A DNA stretch of 62,047 nucleotides, the filler included, from Actinomycetales bacterium (GTDB lineage Bacteria; Actinomycetota; Actinomycetes; Actinomycetales; CAVURS01): assembly GCA_045807245.1 (NCBI GenBank). It is 3 parts of 3 records of this genome, joined end to end, with 100 filler letters (N's around TTAATTAATTAA, not from the genome) between each part and the next. Parts side by side here need not be neighbours in the genome. Positions count along the whole stretch, not along the records: positions 37,215 to 62,047 come from JBJMHS010000046.1; 2 more parts are not named here. One strand, given 5' to 3'. Shown here piece after piece: positions 43,057 through 52,302 of this stretch (its first letter is position 1; the number at the start of each line of letters is the position of its first letter). The position numbers and the translations under genes are program-made. The notes under the pieces were generated by a model, which saw nothing but the letters and a program-made list of their open reading frames with translations, had not been told where the DNA came from and searched no databases.

Positions 43057-43236
43057 ATGATCTCGTCGGCGGGTGAGGCGCGTTCCGGTCACGAACGCAC
43101 GCACGACCCGTGCCGCACGGACCTCAAGGACCTGACGGCGGACGAGGCGGACGGTCGTGGACCGCGCTGGCTGCTGCCGAGCTGTGCGGGGGCCCTCCTG
43201 CTCGGCCTCGCGCTCGTCCTGCTGCACGCGTTCTGA
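43057..43236 (+). CDS. Possible small protein with C-terminal TM (59 aa)
   Basis: ORF in the lysA-hom gap, antisense to the operon; ends WLLPSCAGALLLGLALVLLHAF; GC3-rich codons. Confidence 0.4.
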   Translation: MISSAGEARSGHERTHDPCRTDLKDLTADEADGRGPRWLLPSCAGALLLGLALVLLHAF

Positions 43237-43255
43237 GGCGCTAGCCGACGAGGCG

Positions 43256-44668
43256 CTAGCCGACGTCGAGGGCCAGGATGTCGTCCTCCGTCTCGCGCCG
43301 GACCAGCACGCGCACCTCACCGTCGCGCACGGCCAGCACCGGCGGCCGGGGCACGTGGTTGTACTGGCTGGCCATGCTGCGGCAGTAGGCGCCCGTTCCG
43401 GGTACGGCGAGCAGGTCGCCGCCGCGCACGTCCCCCGGCAGGTACTCGTCCTTGACCACGACATCGCCGCTCTCGCAGTGCTTGCCGACGACGCGGGCCA
43501 GGACCGGCGTCGCCGAGGACGCCCGTGAGGCCAGGGTGCACGAGTAGTCCGCGTCGTACAGCGCGGTCCGGATGTTGTCGCCCATGCCGCCGTCGACGGC
43601 GACATAGGTACGGACGAGCCCGCCGTCCAGCTCGACCGGCTTCACCGTGCCGACCGAGTACAGGGTGAAGGTCGACGGGCCGGCGATGGCTCGGCCCGGC
43701 TCGACCGACACCCGAGGGACGGGTACGCCGAGCGCCGCGCACTCCCGGGTGACGATCTCGGCCAGGCTGTTGGCCAGCGTGTCCGGCGGCAGCGGGTCGT
43801 GCTGGGTGGTGTAGGCCACGCCGAACCCGCCGCCGAGGTCGAGCTCGGGCAGGTCGAGGCCGAGCTCGCGGCTGAGCTGCGCGTGCAGCCCGATGACCCG
43901 GTGCGCCGCGACGTCGAATCCGGACGTGTCGAAGATCTGGCTGCCGATGTGCGAGTGCAGCCCGCGCAGGTCGAGCCAGTCGCGCTGCTGCCGGACCAGG
44001 TCGACCGCGTGCCGGGCCTGCCCGCCGGCGAGGGAGAGCCCGAACTTCTGGTCCTCGTGAGCCGTCGCGATGTACTCGTGGGTGTGCGCCTCCACGCCGA
44101 CGGTCACCCGTAGCAGGACGGGGACGCGCCGCCCGTGGCGCCGTCCGGTCTCGGCGATCCGGCCTATCTCGTCCAGGCTGTCCACGACGACGCGACCGAT
44201 GCCCGCAGCGACGGCGCGGTCGATCTCGGCATCGCTCTTGTTGTTGCCGTGCAAGCCGATTCGCTCCGCGGGCACCCCGGCCCGCAAGGCCACGGCCAGC
44301 TCGCCGCCGGTGCACGTGTCGACCGCGAGACCGTCCTCGGCCATCCAGCGCGCGACCGCCGTACACAGGAAGGCCTTGCCCGCGTAGTACACGTCGGCGT
44401 TGCCACCGAACGCGCGGCCGAAGGCGTCGCGGTACCCCGTCGCCCGCGCGCGGAGGTCCGCCTCGTCCAGGACGTAGGCCGGTGTGCCGTGCTCACGGGC
44501 GATGTCCCGGACGTCCACGCCGGCCACCGTGATTGCCCCGCCGGAGCCACGGGCCACGGACGTAGCCCAGAGGCGGGACACCAGCGCGTTCACATCCTCC
44601 GGGTGCTCGAGCCAGCCCGGCCCGCGGAACGGCCCGGCATGCAAGGCACCGGCCTCGTGCGCGGGCAT
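43256..44668 (-). CDS. lysA: Diaminopimelate decarboxylase
   Basis: YYAGKAF, HGNNKS, HSHIGSQ, DLGGGFG, EPGRAI, GKHCESGD, GAYC. Confidence 0.95.
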   Translation of the reverse strand: MPAHEAGALHAGPFRGPGWLEHPEDVNALVSRLWATSVARGSGGAITVAGVDVRDIAREHGTPAYVLDEADLRARATGYRDAFGRAFGGNADVYYAGKAFLCTAVARWMAEDGLAVDTCTGGELAVALRAGVPAERIGLHGNNKSDAEIDRAVAAGIGRVVVDSLDEIGRIAETGRRHGRRVPVLLRVTVGVEAHTHEYIATAHEDQKFGLSLAGGQARHAVDLVRQQRDWLDLRGLHSHIGSQIFDTSGFDVAAHRVIGLHAQLSRELGLDLPELDLGGGFGVAYTTQHDPLPPDTLANSLAEIVTRECAALGVPVPRVSVEPGRAIAGPSTFTLYSVGTVKPVELDGGLVRTYVAVDGGMGDNIRTALYDADYSCTLASRASSATPVLARVVGKHCESGDVVVKDEYLPGDVRGGDLLAVPGTGAYCRSMASQYNHVPRPPVLAVRDGEVRVLVRRETEDDILALDVG

Positions 44669-44670
44669 TG

Positions 44671-46329
44671 CTACATCCGGTCCGGAGCCGAAACCCCAAG
44701 CAGGCCAAGGCCGTTCGCGATGACCTGGCCCGTCGCGACGTTCAGCCACAGCCGGGTGCGGTGGAGGTCGGTCACCGGGTCGTCCGCGTTGTCGGGCCGC
44801 ACCCGGCACGCGTCGTACCAGCGGTGAAAGTGGCCGGCGAGCTGCTCGAGGTACCGCGCGACCCGGTGTGGTTCACGCAACGTCGCGGCCTGCACCAGGA
44901 CGCCTGGGTACTCCCCCAGCGCCCCCAGCAGCACCGACTCGGTGTCGTGGGTGAGCAGCGACGGGTCGAACCCGTCCTCGAGCCGCACGCCGTCGGCCGT
45001 CGCCAGCCGCAGCACGCCGGCGGTGCGCGCATGCGCGTACTGGACGTAGTAGACGGGGTTGTCGTTGCTGCGCTTGACCAGCAGGTCGAGGTCGACGTCG
45101 ATCTGCGAGTCGGCCGACGACCGAGCCAGCGCGTACCGCGCGGCGTCAACGCCCACGGCGTCGACCAGGTCGTTCAACGACACGGTGTTGCCGGCCCGCT
45201 TGCTCATCCGGATCGGCTGGCCGTCCTTGACCAGGTTGACCAGCTGGCCGATCAGGATCTCGAGGTTCACGCCCGGGGTGTCCCCGAACGCCGCGCACAT
45301 CGCCATCATGCGGCCGATGTACCCGTGATGGTCGGCGCCCAGCATGATGACCAGCCGGTCGAAGCCGCGCTCGCGCTTGTTGAGGTAGTAGGCCAGGTCG
45401 CCGGAGAAGTACGACGGCTCGCCGTCGCGCTTGATGATGACCCGGTCCTTGTCGTCGCCGAACTCGGTGCTGCGCAGCCAGGTCGCGCCCTCTGCCTCGT
45501 AGATGTGGCCGAGCTCGCGCAGCCGCGCCACGGCATGGTCGACCGCACCCGACTCGTGCAGGTCGTTCTCGTGGAAGTAGATCTCGAAGTCCACGCCGAA
45601 GTGGTGCAGGTCGGCCTTCACCTCGGTGAACATGAGGTCGACCCCCTCGGCGCGGAAGACCTCCTGGGCCGCGTCGTCGTCGAGGGTCAGGACATCCGGG
45701 TGCGCCGCGAGGACGCGCTGTGCGATGTCGCCGATGTAGGCACCGCCGTACCCGTCGTCGGGTGTCGGCTCGCCTCTGGCGCTCGCCAGGAGCGACCGCG
45801 CGAACCGGTCGATCTGCACGCCGTGGTCGTTGAAGTAGTACTCGCGGGCGACCGAAGCCCCTTGCGCGGCAAGGATTCTGGCCAGCGAGTCGCCCACGGC
45901 GGCCCAGCGCGTGCCACCGAGATGCAACGGGCCGGTGGGGTTCGCCGAGACGAACTCCAGGTTGATGTTCTGCCCGACCAGGTTTTGCGAATGGCCGTAC
46001 GCCGCGCCCTCGGTCACGATCGCGCGCGCGAGCTCCCCGGCGGCGGCGGCCTCGAGGACGATGTTGAGGAAGCCCGGTCCCGCGACCGAGACGCTCTTGA
46101 CCCCGGCGACGTCGGCCAACCGGGCGGCCAGCACCTCGGCGACCTCGCGCGGCGGACGCCCGGCCGGCTTGGCCAGCTGCATGGCCACGTTCGTCGCCCA
46201 GTCACCGTGCTCGCGGACCTTCGGGCGCTCGACCTTCACGTCGTCGGGGACGGGCACCGACAGCTCGCCGGCGGCGACGGCCTCGGCCAGGCAGGCACGG
46301 ATTGCTGCCGACAGCTCCTCGGGGGTCAC
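44671..46329 (-). CDS. argS: Arginine--tRNA ligase
   Basis: [43 protein letters not shown]. Confidence 0.96.
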   Translation of the reverse strand: MTPEELSAAIRACLAEAVAAGELSVPVPDDVKVERPKVREHGDWATNVAMQLAKPAGRPPREVAEVLAARLADVAGVKSVSVAGPGFLNIVLEAAAAGELARAIVTEGAAYGHSQNLVGQNINLEFVSANPTGPLHLGGTRWAAVGDSLARILAAQGASVAREYYFNDHGVQIDRFARSLLASARGEPTPDDGYGGAYIGDIAQRVLAAHPDVLTLDDDAAQEVFRAEGVDLMFTEVKADLHHFGVDFEIYFHENDLHESGAVDHAVARLRELGHIYEAEGATWLRSTEFGDDKDRVIIKRDGEPSYFSGDLAYYLNKRERGFDRLVIMLGADHHGYIGRMMAMCAAFGDTPGVNLEILIGQLVNLVKDGQPIRMSKRAGNTVSLNDLVDAVGVDAARYALARSSADSQIDVDLDLLVKRSNDNPVYYVQYAHARTAGVLRLATADGVRLEDGFDPSLLTHDTESVLLGALGEYPGVLVQAATLREPHRVARYLEQLAGHFHRWYDACRVRPDNADDPVTDLHRTRLWLNVATGQVIANGLGLLGVSAPDRM

Positions 46330-46354
46330 CAGGTCAAGGGTAGTCAGACGCTGG

Positions 46355-46801
46355 CTAGACCCGGCCGCCGGAGGCGAGGACACCGACCAGCGCGACGAGC
46401 TCGTCGGGCTCGAACGGCTTGGCGATGAAGCCGTCGACGGCCGCCTGCTCGGCCTGGGCCCGGTGATGGCTCTGGACCGAAGCCGTGACCATGACGACCG
46501 GGATGTGCTCCAGGCGAGGGTCGGTGCGGATCATGCCGACGGTCCACCAGCCGTCGCGGCGCGGCATGAGCGCGTCGACCGTGACGACGTCCGGTAGAGG
46601 GTCCTCCTCGGTGTCCGTGATGCTGGCCAGGATGTTCAGGGCTTCCTCGCCGTCGTGGGCCTCGATGACGTCGTACCCCTCGAGCTCGAGGTTCACCCGG
46701 ATGAGGTGCCGGACCGCATCGGTGTCGTCGCAGACGAGCACCCGGGGCGGCCTGAGCCGCGATACCGGACGGCGTCGTCTCGCGTCGTACACCCGCTCCA
46801 T
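46355..46801 (-). CDS. Single-domain response regulator
   Basis: [26 protein letters not shown]; start uncertain. Confidence 0.85.
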   Translation of the reverse strand: MERVYDARRRRPVSRLRPPRVLVCDDTDAVRHLIRVNLELEGYDVIEAHDGEEALNILASITDTEEDPLPDVVTVDALMPRRDGWWTVGMIRTDPRLEHIPVVMVTASVQSHHRAQAEQAAVDGFIAKPFEPDELVALVGVLASGGRV

Positions 46802-46862
46802 CCGGCCAGCGTACGGCGCGAACGCCCTGGTCAGCCCTGATAACCTCGCACACGCTGCCCGA

Positions 46863-46934
46863 GCCCCCGTAGCTCAGGGGATAGAGCACCGCCCTCCGGA
46901 GGCGGGTGCGCAGGTTCGAATCCTGCCGGGGGCG
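46863..46934 (+). tRNA. tRNA-Arg (anticodon CCG)
   Basis: Cloverleaf: acceptor GCCCCCG/CGGGGGC, D arm GCTC/GAGC, anticodon stem CCGCC/GGCGG with loop CTCCGGA, T loop TTCGAAT; CCA not encoded. Confidence 0.96.
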
Positions 46935-46937
46935 CGT

Positions 46938-46991
46938 ATGGCCACCGTCCTTGACATGACGATGTCCCTCGACGGGTAGATCGCCGCCCCG
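46938..46991 (+). pseudogene. Remnant of RibD_C/DHFR-family reductase N-terminus
   Basis: MATVLDMTMSLDG*IAAP: the SLDG(F/Y)IA motif with an in-frame TAG; no recognisable continuation. Confidence 0.5.
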
Positions 46992-47084
46992 ATGTGTGCT
47001 ACCGCGTCGTTCGCCGAGGATCGTGCGTCCCGATCGTGGGGACCCAACTCGCCTGGGTCGGTCGGGTTGTGGATCGGCGCTTGA

Positions 47085-47114
47085 TTGATTCTTCGTACAT
47101 ACGTTCGATAACAT
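47085..47114 (+). promoter_or_regulatory. Sigma-A-like promoter overlapped by LexA (SOS) box
   Basis: TTGATT-N18-TAACAT; TCGTAC-ATAC-GTTCGA at 47093-47108 (1 mismatch to actinobacterial TCGAAC-N4-GTTCGA); ATG 6 nt after the -10 suggests a leaderless mRNA. Confidence 0.75.
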
Positions 47115-47120
47115 GGCAAG

Positions 47121-48713
47121 ATGCGTACGGCGGTCAGATCGGTCAGGGCGGCTCTGGCCCGGCTGCCGCAGGTGGAGGGTGCCGAGCTAGCCGCGCTGGT
47201 CGGTCAGTTGACGCGTCCCGAGGTGCTGTGGGACCTGTCGGACGCCGAGCGTTTGGAAGTGGTGAAGGCGACCGTCCGGGCCGACGCCTGGATGGCGGCG
47301 ATGAGGGCGCGTACGGTCGGCGCGGTCCACGCCTCGGTGCTGGATCAGGTGAGCGCCGAGGGCGGCGGCACGGGGGTCCAGCGGCGTCAGTTCGCCGAGC
47401 GGCGGGTGGCGGTGGAGGTCTCCCTGGTGCTGGGCGTCTCGTTGCCGGCCGCCGACCGGGAGCTGGACCTGGCCCTGGATCTGGCCGAGTTCCCCCGGCT
47501 CGGGCGGGCCCTGGCCGCTGGCGACCTTGACGTGCCGCAGGCCCGGGTGATCCTGGCTGGTCTGCGCGACCTGCATTCATGCGCAGGAGGCGCTGGCGAC
47601 GTCGACACCTCCGACGAGTCGGTCCGGTTCGCGCACCGCAGCGAGCTTCTGACGGGTCTCCTCGGGCCGGACGACTCACCGGAGGGCGACGAGTTCGATC
47701 CGGACGAGCCGGTGACCGACGCCGGCCCGGACGGTCGCCCCTACCCGCTGTTCCGCGAACTCGACCGGGACGGCGTGACGTTGTGGGGGATCCCGCCGGC
47801 CAAGCTGCGCGCCATCGTCTCGCGCGAGGCGGCGCGGCTGGACGCCGACTACCTGGCTGCCCGGGCAGAGCGCGATCGCGCCGACCGCCGAGTGGATTAC
47901 CAGGACCACGCTGACGCGACATCGAGTCTGCACCTGCGAGGTGCGACCGAGGGCGTGGCGGCCGCCTACCGCAACGTCGACGATGCCGCCCGGACCGCGC
48001 GCCAGCATGGAGACCCGCGCACGCTGGACCAGCTGCGCGCCGACATCACCATCGGCTGGCTCACCGAGGGCGCCTACGGCACGCTGATCCTGCGCCGCTC
48101 CGGCACTGACGCCGACGTCGCGTCGGACGCGGAGATCGCCGCGGTCGGGCCACGTGATGAGTTGATCCAGGCCCGACCCGACGGCCCGCTGGTCCACGTG
48201 ACCGTGGCGGCCACCACGCTGCTCGGACTGGACGACGAGCCGGCCACCCTGCACGGCCCCCGAGGGCCGGTCCCCCTGCCGGCCGACCTGGCCCGCGAGA
48301 TCGCCCATCGCCGCGGCGCCCGATGGCGCCGCCTGCTCTACGACCCGGGCACCGGCATCGCCACCGACCTGTCACCCGCCTACCGGCCCCCACCGCGGAT
48401 GGCCGACTTCGTTCGCACGCGCGACGGGCACCAGTCCCGCTTTCCCACCAGCGGCGCCACCCGCCTGGAGCTCGACCACGTCCGCGAGTACCGGCGCAAC
48501 CAACCCAGCGTCGGTGGTCCCACCTGCCCGGCCAACCTGGCGGCGGCGGGCAAGCGAGACCACCAGCTCAAAACCGACCGGCTCATTCAGGTCAGTGGCG
48601 ACGCCAACCAGCAGCTCACCTACACCACCCCATCCGGGCGGCACTACGTCAGCTACCCGCCAGCGGTGGCTCGCCCGAGCGAATACGCCGCGGGTTCCGA
48701 TCCCCCGTTCTAG
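47121..48713 (+). CDS. DUF222/HNH-signature protein (13E12-repeat-like)
   Basis: DPRTLDQLRAD, VHVTVAATTLLG, YRPPPRMADFVRTRD, ELDHV...GGPT..ANL...HQLKT...TPSGRHY, terminal PPF. Confidence 0.85.
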   Translation: MRTAVRSVRAALARLPQVEGAELAALVGQLTRPEVLWDLSDAERLEVVKATVRADAWMAAMRARTVGAVHASVLDQVSAEGGGTGVQRRQFAERRVAVEVSLVLGVSLPAADRELDLALDLAEFPRLGRALAAGDLDVPQARVILAGLRDLHSCAGGAGDVDTSDESVRFAHRSELLTGLLGPDDSPEGDEFDPDEPVTDAGPDGRPYPLFRELDRDGVTLWGIPPAKLRAIVSREAARLDADYLAARAERDRADRRVDYQDHADATSSLHLRGATEGVAAAYRNVDDAARTARQHGDPRTLDQLRADITIGWLTEGAYGTLILRRSGTDADVASDAEIAAVGPRDELIQARPDGPLVHVTVAATTLLGLDDEPATLHGPRGPVPLPADLAREIAHRRGARWRRLLYDPGTGIATDLSPAYRPPPRMADFVRTRDGHQSRFPTSGATRLELDHVREYRRNQPSVGGPTCPANLAAAGKRDHQLKTDRLIQVSGDANQQLTYTTPSGRHYVSYPPAVARPSEYAAGSDPPF

Positions 48714-48756
48714 TGGCGGGGCGACGGCGACGGGGCGATGCGGCGGAGGCCGCTAG

Positions 48757-49149
48757 CTAGCCGGGCCGGACGATCTGCTGAACGGACCAGGCGTTGCCGT
48801 CGGGGTCGTGGAAGAAGACGAACCGGCCCCAGGGAGTCTCCTCGACGTCGGTGACCTCGACGCCGCGGGCAGCCAGCTCGTCGTGGGCCGCGTCGGCGTC
48901 GTCGACGACGACCTGCAGGCCCTTGACCGAGCCGGGCTCGGCGTCGGTGAGGCCCTTGCCGAAGGCGATCGAGCACGCCGAGCCGGGCGGGGTGAGCTGC
49001 ACGAACCGCACCTCGTCGCTGACCGTGTGGTCGTGGTCGGCATGGAAGCCGACGTTGTCGACGTAGAACGCCTTGGCCCGGTCCACGTCGGACACCGGGA
49101 GGATGACGAGCTCGAGACGGAAGTCTTGCCGGGACTCGGTGGGGGTCAT
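48757..49149 (-). CDS. VOC/glyoxalase-family protein
   Basis: LPVSDVDRAKAFY, VQLTPPGS, PWGRFVFFHDPDGNAW. Confidence 0.88.
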   Translation of the reverse strand: MTPTESRQDFRLELVILPVSDVDRAKAFYVDNVGFHADHDHTVSDEVRFVQLTPPGSACSIAFGKGLTDAEPGSVKGLQVVVDDADAAHDELAARGVEVTDVEETPWGRFVFFHDPDGNAWSVQQIVRPG

Positions 49150-49185
49150 AAGGCGATCCTCTCGGGACCCACCGACAATGGAGAC

Positions 49186-49638
49186 ATGCCGTTGAGTGGA
49201 GAGTACGAACCGAGCCCGCGGGACTGGGTGCGCAACCAGGTCGAGCTCTACGAGCGGACCGGCGGACGGGAGGGCAACGTGCAGCAGCCGACCGGCCTGC
49301 CCGTCGTCATCGTGACGATGCGGGGCAAGGCCAGCGGCAAGCTGCGCAAGGTGCCGTTGATGCGGGTGGAGCACGACGGGGAGTACGCCCTCATCGGGTC
49401 CAAGGGCGGCGCCGACACCGACCCGGTGTGGGTCCAGAACCTCGTCGCCGACCCGCAGGTCACCGTCCAGGACGGCCCTGAGCCGCTGGACATGACGGTC
49501 CACCTGGCCACCGGCCAGGAGCGCGAGACCTGGTGGCAGCGAGCCGTGGACGCGTTCCCCCACTACGCGGAGTACGAGCGCAAGACCAGCCGCGAGATCC
49601 CGGTGTTCATCGCGAGCCCAGCAACACGTCGCGCGTGA
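49186..49638 (+). CDS. F420-dependent nitroreductase (Ddn family)
   Basis: MPLSGEYEPSP, GKASGKLRKVPLMRVE, SKGG..PVWVQNL, YAEYERKTSREIPVF. Confidence 0.88.
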   Translation: MPLSGEYEPSPRDWVRNQVELYERTGGREGNVQQPTGLPVVIVTMRGKASGKLRKVPLMRVEHDGEYALIGSKGGADTDPVWVQNLVADPQVTVQDGPEPLDMTVHLATGQERETWWQRAVDAFPHYAEYERKTSREIPVFIASPATRRA

Positions 49639-50071
49639 TCTCCATCTGACCCAGGTGCTGCGACAGCTCCTCGTAGATGTGCAGCAGGACGCCGCCCTGG
49701 CTCCGGCCCAGCGGGGTGTCGCGGTCCTGCGGGTCCACCGGCCCGAGCGGTTCCGCGTTCCACCGGACGGCCTCGACGTCGCGACGGAGCTGGGACCGCG
49801 TCCGCGCGACCAGGGGAAGCAGGTCAGCCACCGAACCGTGCGCCACGAACTCCGCCGCCCGGTCGCGCTGGACGGTCCGGTCGGCGACCACCTCGCCGGC
49901 CCACTGGTTCATGACGCCGCAGCAGTGGGTCAGGATGGCGTACGGCGAGTTGGCCCCGGGCAGGTCCGGTCGACGGTTCGCCAGGTCGTCACCGAGGTTG
50001 CTCACGATGCCGCACATGTCGTCCAGCGCCTTGCCGACGTACCAGAGCCAGAGCTCCACCTCAGGTTCCAC
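49607..50071 (-). CDS. DinB/DUF664-family protein
   Basis: PGANSPYAILTHC, RDRAAEF, LLHIYEELSQHLGQMEITRD. Confidence 0.8.
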   Translation of the reverse strand: MEPEVELWLWYVGKALDDMCGIVSNLGDDLANRRPDLPGANSPYAILTHCCGVMNQWAGEVVADRTVQRDRAAEFVAHGSVADLLPLVARTRSQLRRDVEAVRWNAEPLGPVDPQDRDTPLGRSQGGVLLHIYEELSQHLGQMEITRDVLLGSR

Positions 50072-50167
50072 GCTCGGTCCTCACAATCGTCCAGACCCTT
50101 GACGGTCAACGTACTTTGACGTCTAGCGTCCCGACATGAGCGACGACCCACCCTGGTACACGGCGTA

Positions 50168-50638
50168 ATGGTCACCAGCGCGGGGATTGTGCTCTACCGG
50201 CGTACCGGCTCCGAGCTCGAGATCCTGCTCGGCCATATGGGCGGGCCCTACTGGGCGAAGAAGGACGACGGCGCCTGGAGCATCCCCAAGGGGGAGTACG
50301 ACGACACCGAGGACCCGTACGCGGCGGCCCGGCGCGAGTTCGAGGAGGAGATCGGCCAACCTCCACCCCCCGGCCCGCGCGTCGACCTGGGCCGCATCAC
50401 CCAGCGCAACGGCAAGGTCGTCATAGCCTTCGCACTCGAGGGCGACCTGGACCCGGCGGTCGTCACCTGCAACACGTTCCAGCTGGAGTGGCCGCCGCGC
50501 TCGGGCCGCATCCAGACGTTCCCGGAGATCGACCGGGTTGCGTGGTTCGCCGTGCCTGCGGCGGCGCGGAAGGCGCTCGCCAGCCAGGGCGAGCTGTTCG
50601 ACCGGCTGGCGGCGCACCTGGAGCAGGCTCTCGACTGA
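50168..50638 (+). CDS. NUDIX hydrolase
   Basis: SAGIVLY, HMGGPYW, WSIPKG...AARREFEEEIG, WPPRSG...FPEIDR. Confidence 0.88.
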   Translation: MVTSAGIVLYRRTGSELEILLGHMGGPYWAKKDDGAWSIPKGEYDDTEDPYAAARREFEEEIGQPPPPGPRVDLGRITQRNGKVVIAFALEGDLDPAVVTCNTFQLEWPPRSGRIQTFPEIDRVAWFAVPAAARKALASQGELFDRLAAHLEQALD

Positions 50639-50766
50639 CGACCTGGATTTGGGCCCTCCGGGGGATTGTGCAGAGCCGCAAGACTTTGGTGTCCTGGACA
50701 CCTGGACGCGCCCACGCCGGGCACGAAGCCTGGCGGACCATCCAGGGGATGCAATGAGGAGTCGCC

Positions 50767-51210
50767 GTGGCCCCATCCACCGAGCAGGAGATGTCCCCGG
50801 AGGGCAAGACCGAAGCGGACATCGGGGAGATGTCCGATCCGAATGTCGTTGAGATCGTGCGGACCATCCCGGCCACACCGGAACAGGTCTGGCAGATCAT
50901 GACATCAGGGCCTGGAGCGGCCGCCCTCCTCGGAGACGGAGCGGTCCTCGGCGGCAAGGGCGAGACCTGGCGTACGGCGGCCGGTCCCCACGGCGTGGTT
51001 CGCAGCTTCCATCCACTGGAGCAGCTGCGTGTGTCCTGGCACGACGACGACGACGCGCCGGCCAGCCTGGTGGAGATGGACCTGCGTCCGGCCGGCGCGG
51101 GCACGGAGCTGGTGGTGCGGCACGAGAAGCTCGCCGAAGGTCACTCCCTCGACCTGCGCCAGCACTGGTCGGCGGCGGTGGACCGGCTGGTCGCGCACGC
51201 GGCGCCGTAG
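50767..51210 (+). CDS. SRPBCC/AHSA1-family protein
   Basis: IVRTIPATPEQVWQ, LRVSW, GTELVVRHE...HWSAAVDRL; GAGGAG RBS. Confidence 0.8.
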   Translation: MAPSTEQEMSPEGKTEADIGEMSDPNVVEIVRTIPATPEQVWQIMTSGPGAAALLGDGAVLGGKGETWRTAAGPHGVVRSFHPLEQLRVSWHDDDDAPASLVEMDLRPAGAGTELVVRHEKLAEGHSLDLRQHWSAAVDRLVAHAAP

Positions 51211-51218
51211 CGAGCGCC

Positions 51219-52214
51219 TCAGGTCGCCGGCGTCCTCTTCTCGCCGACGACGTACTCCCAGTGCCACGGCTCCTCGCGGGAGCTGGGTGGGACGGCCCAG
51301 GCCGGGTTGGCCCAGCCGAAGGTGGGCGCGTTCGCACGCATCCAGTCATACCGCGTCGACCCGTAGGTCTGGATGCCGCCGCAGAAGTCGACGGCCAGCC
51401 CCATGCCGTGCTCACTCGTGCCTGGCCGCGCGGCCAGGCCTGGCTTGCGCGCCGCGAGGCTCTGCTGTGACGCCAGCGTGCGGTACGAGTCGGTCAGGCA
51501 CAGGTTCGAGCCGAAGTGGCTGCGGTAGGCGATGTTGAGCATGGCCAGCGCGACCGCGGCGTCGGCGCGCAGGTGATGGCCCGGGGCGAAGGTCAAGGCG
51601 CACAGCTCGTCGCGCGGCACCTGCCCGTTGGGGTAGCTGTAGTCGGTCACCGTGCCAGCGCAGCCAGGCAGCAGCGGGCGCAGCTGCGAGCGCGACACGC
51701 CTCGCAGACCGGCCGGCAGCGGCGTGCCGTCGGTGCCGCGCAGGGCGGCCATCGCCGTCTCGGGGTCGACCGTGACCGCCTCGCCCGTGGTGGTCGTCGC
51801 GGTCGTGGGTGTGGTCGGCCCGGGGAGCCGGTCCGCCGCGGCCGCCGAGAGGGCCGGCCCGCCGTACACGTGCCCGGCCACGGCTGCCGCGATCGCCACA
51901 CTGGCCGCGCCGAGCGCGATGGCCGACAGGCTCGGCCCGAACGTCGCGTGTGACTCCTCGCTGCGCCGCTGCTCGGCGATCTGCCGCCGGGTGACCGGCG
52001 CCGGCGGCTCTGCCTCGTGGCTGGCCTCGAGCGCCTCCTCGAGTGCGCGGCGCTGCTGGAGCAGCTGCATCCGGGTCAGCGGCGGCGGCGCCTCGACCAC
52101 GGTCAGGTCGATGACGTCGGGGTCCGGCTCGCCCTGCGGGTGTGTCACCGGTCCCGCACGGCGGCGGCCTCGGTACTCCGGGGCCGCCGCGGGCGCAATG
52201 TCACGTTCGGACAC
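51219..52214 (-). CDS. Membrane-anchored M15/VanY-type D,D-carboxypeptidase
   Basis: TDSYR, PGTSEHGMGLAVD, EPWHWEY; single TM. Confidence 0.85.
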   Translation of the reverse strand: MSERDIAPAAAPEYRGRRRAGPVTHPQGEPDPDVIDLTVVEAPPPLTRMQLLQQRRALEEALEASHEAEPPAPVTRRQIAEQRRSEESHATFGPSLSAIALGAASVAIAAAVAGHVYGGPALSAAAADRLPGPTTPTTATTTTGEAVTVDPETAMAALRGTDGTPLPAGLRGVSRSQLRPLLPGCAGTVTDYSYPNGQVPRDELCALTFAPGHHLRADAAVALAMLNIAYRSHFGSNLCLTDSYRTLASQQSLAARKPGLAARPGTSEHGMGLAVDFCGGIQTYGSTRYDWMRANAPTFGWANPAWAVPPSSREEPWHWEYVVGEKRTPAT

Positions 52215-52302
52215 GGAAAGAACAAACTCCGGCGGGCCGGTCGGCGGGGGTTGTCCCAGAACCTAATTGGCTCAAGGGTCCTGGCTCAACTCGCCCGGCG
52301 TG

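Noticed and set aside
46863..51210. Prophage or integrative element at tRNA-Arg
   Set aside because: No integrase and no duplicated tRNA 3' end found downstream
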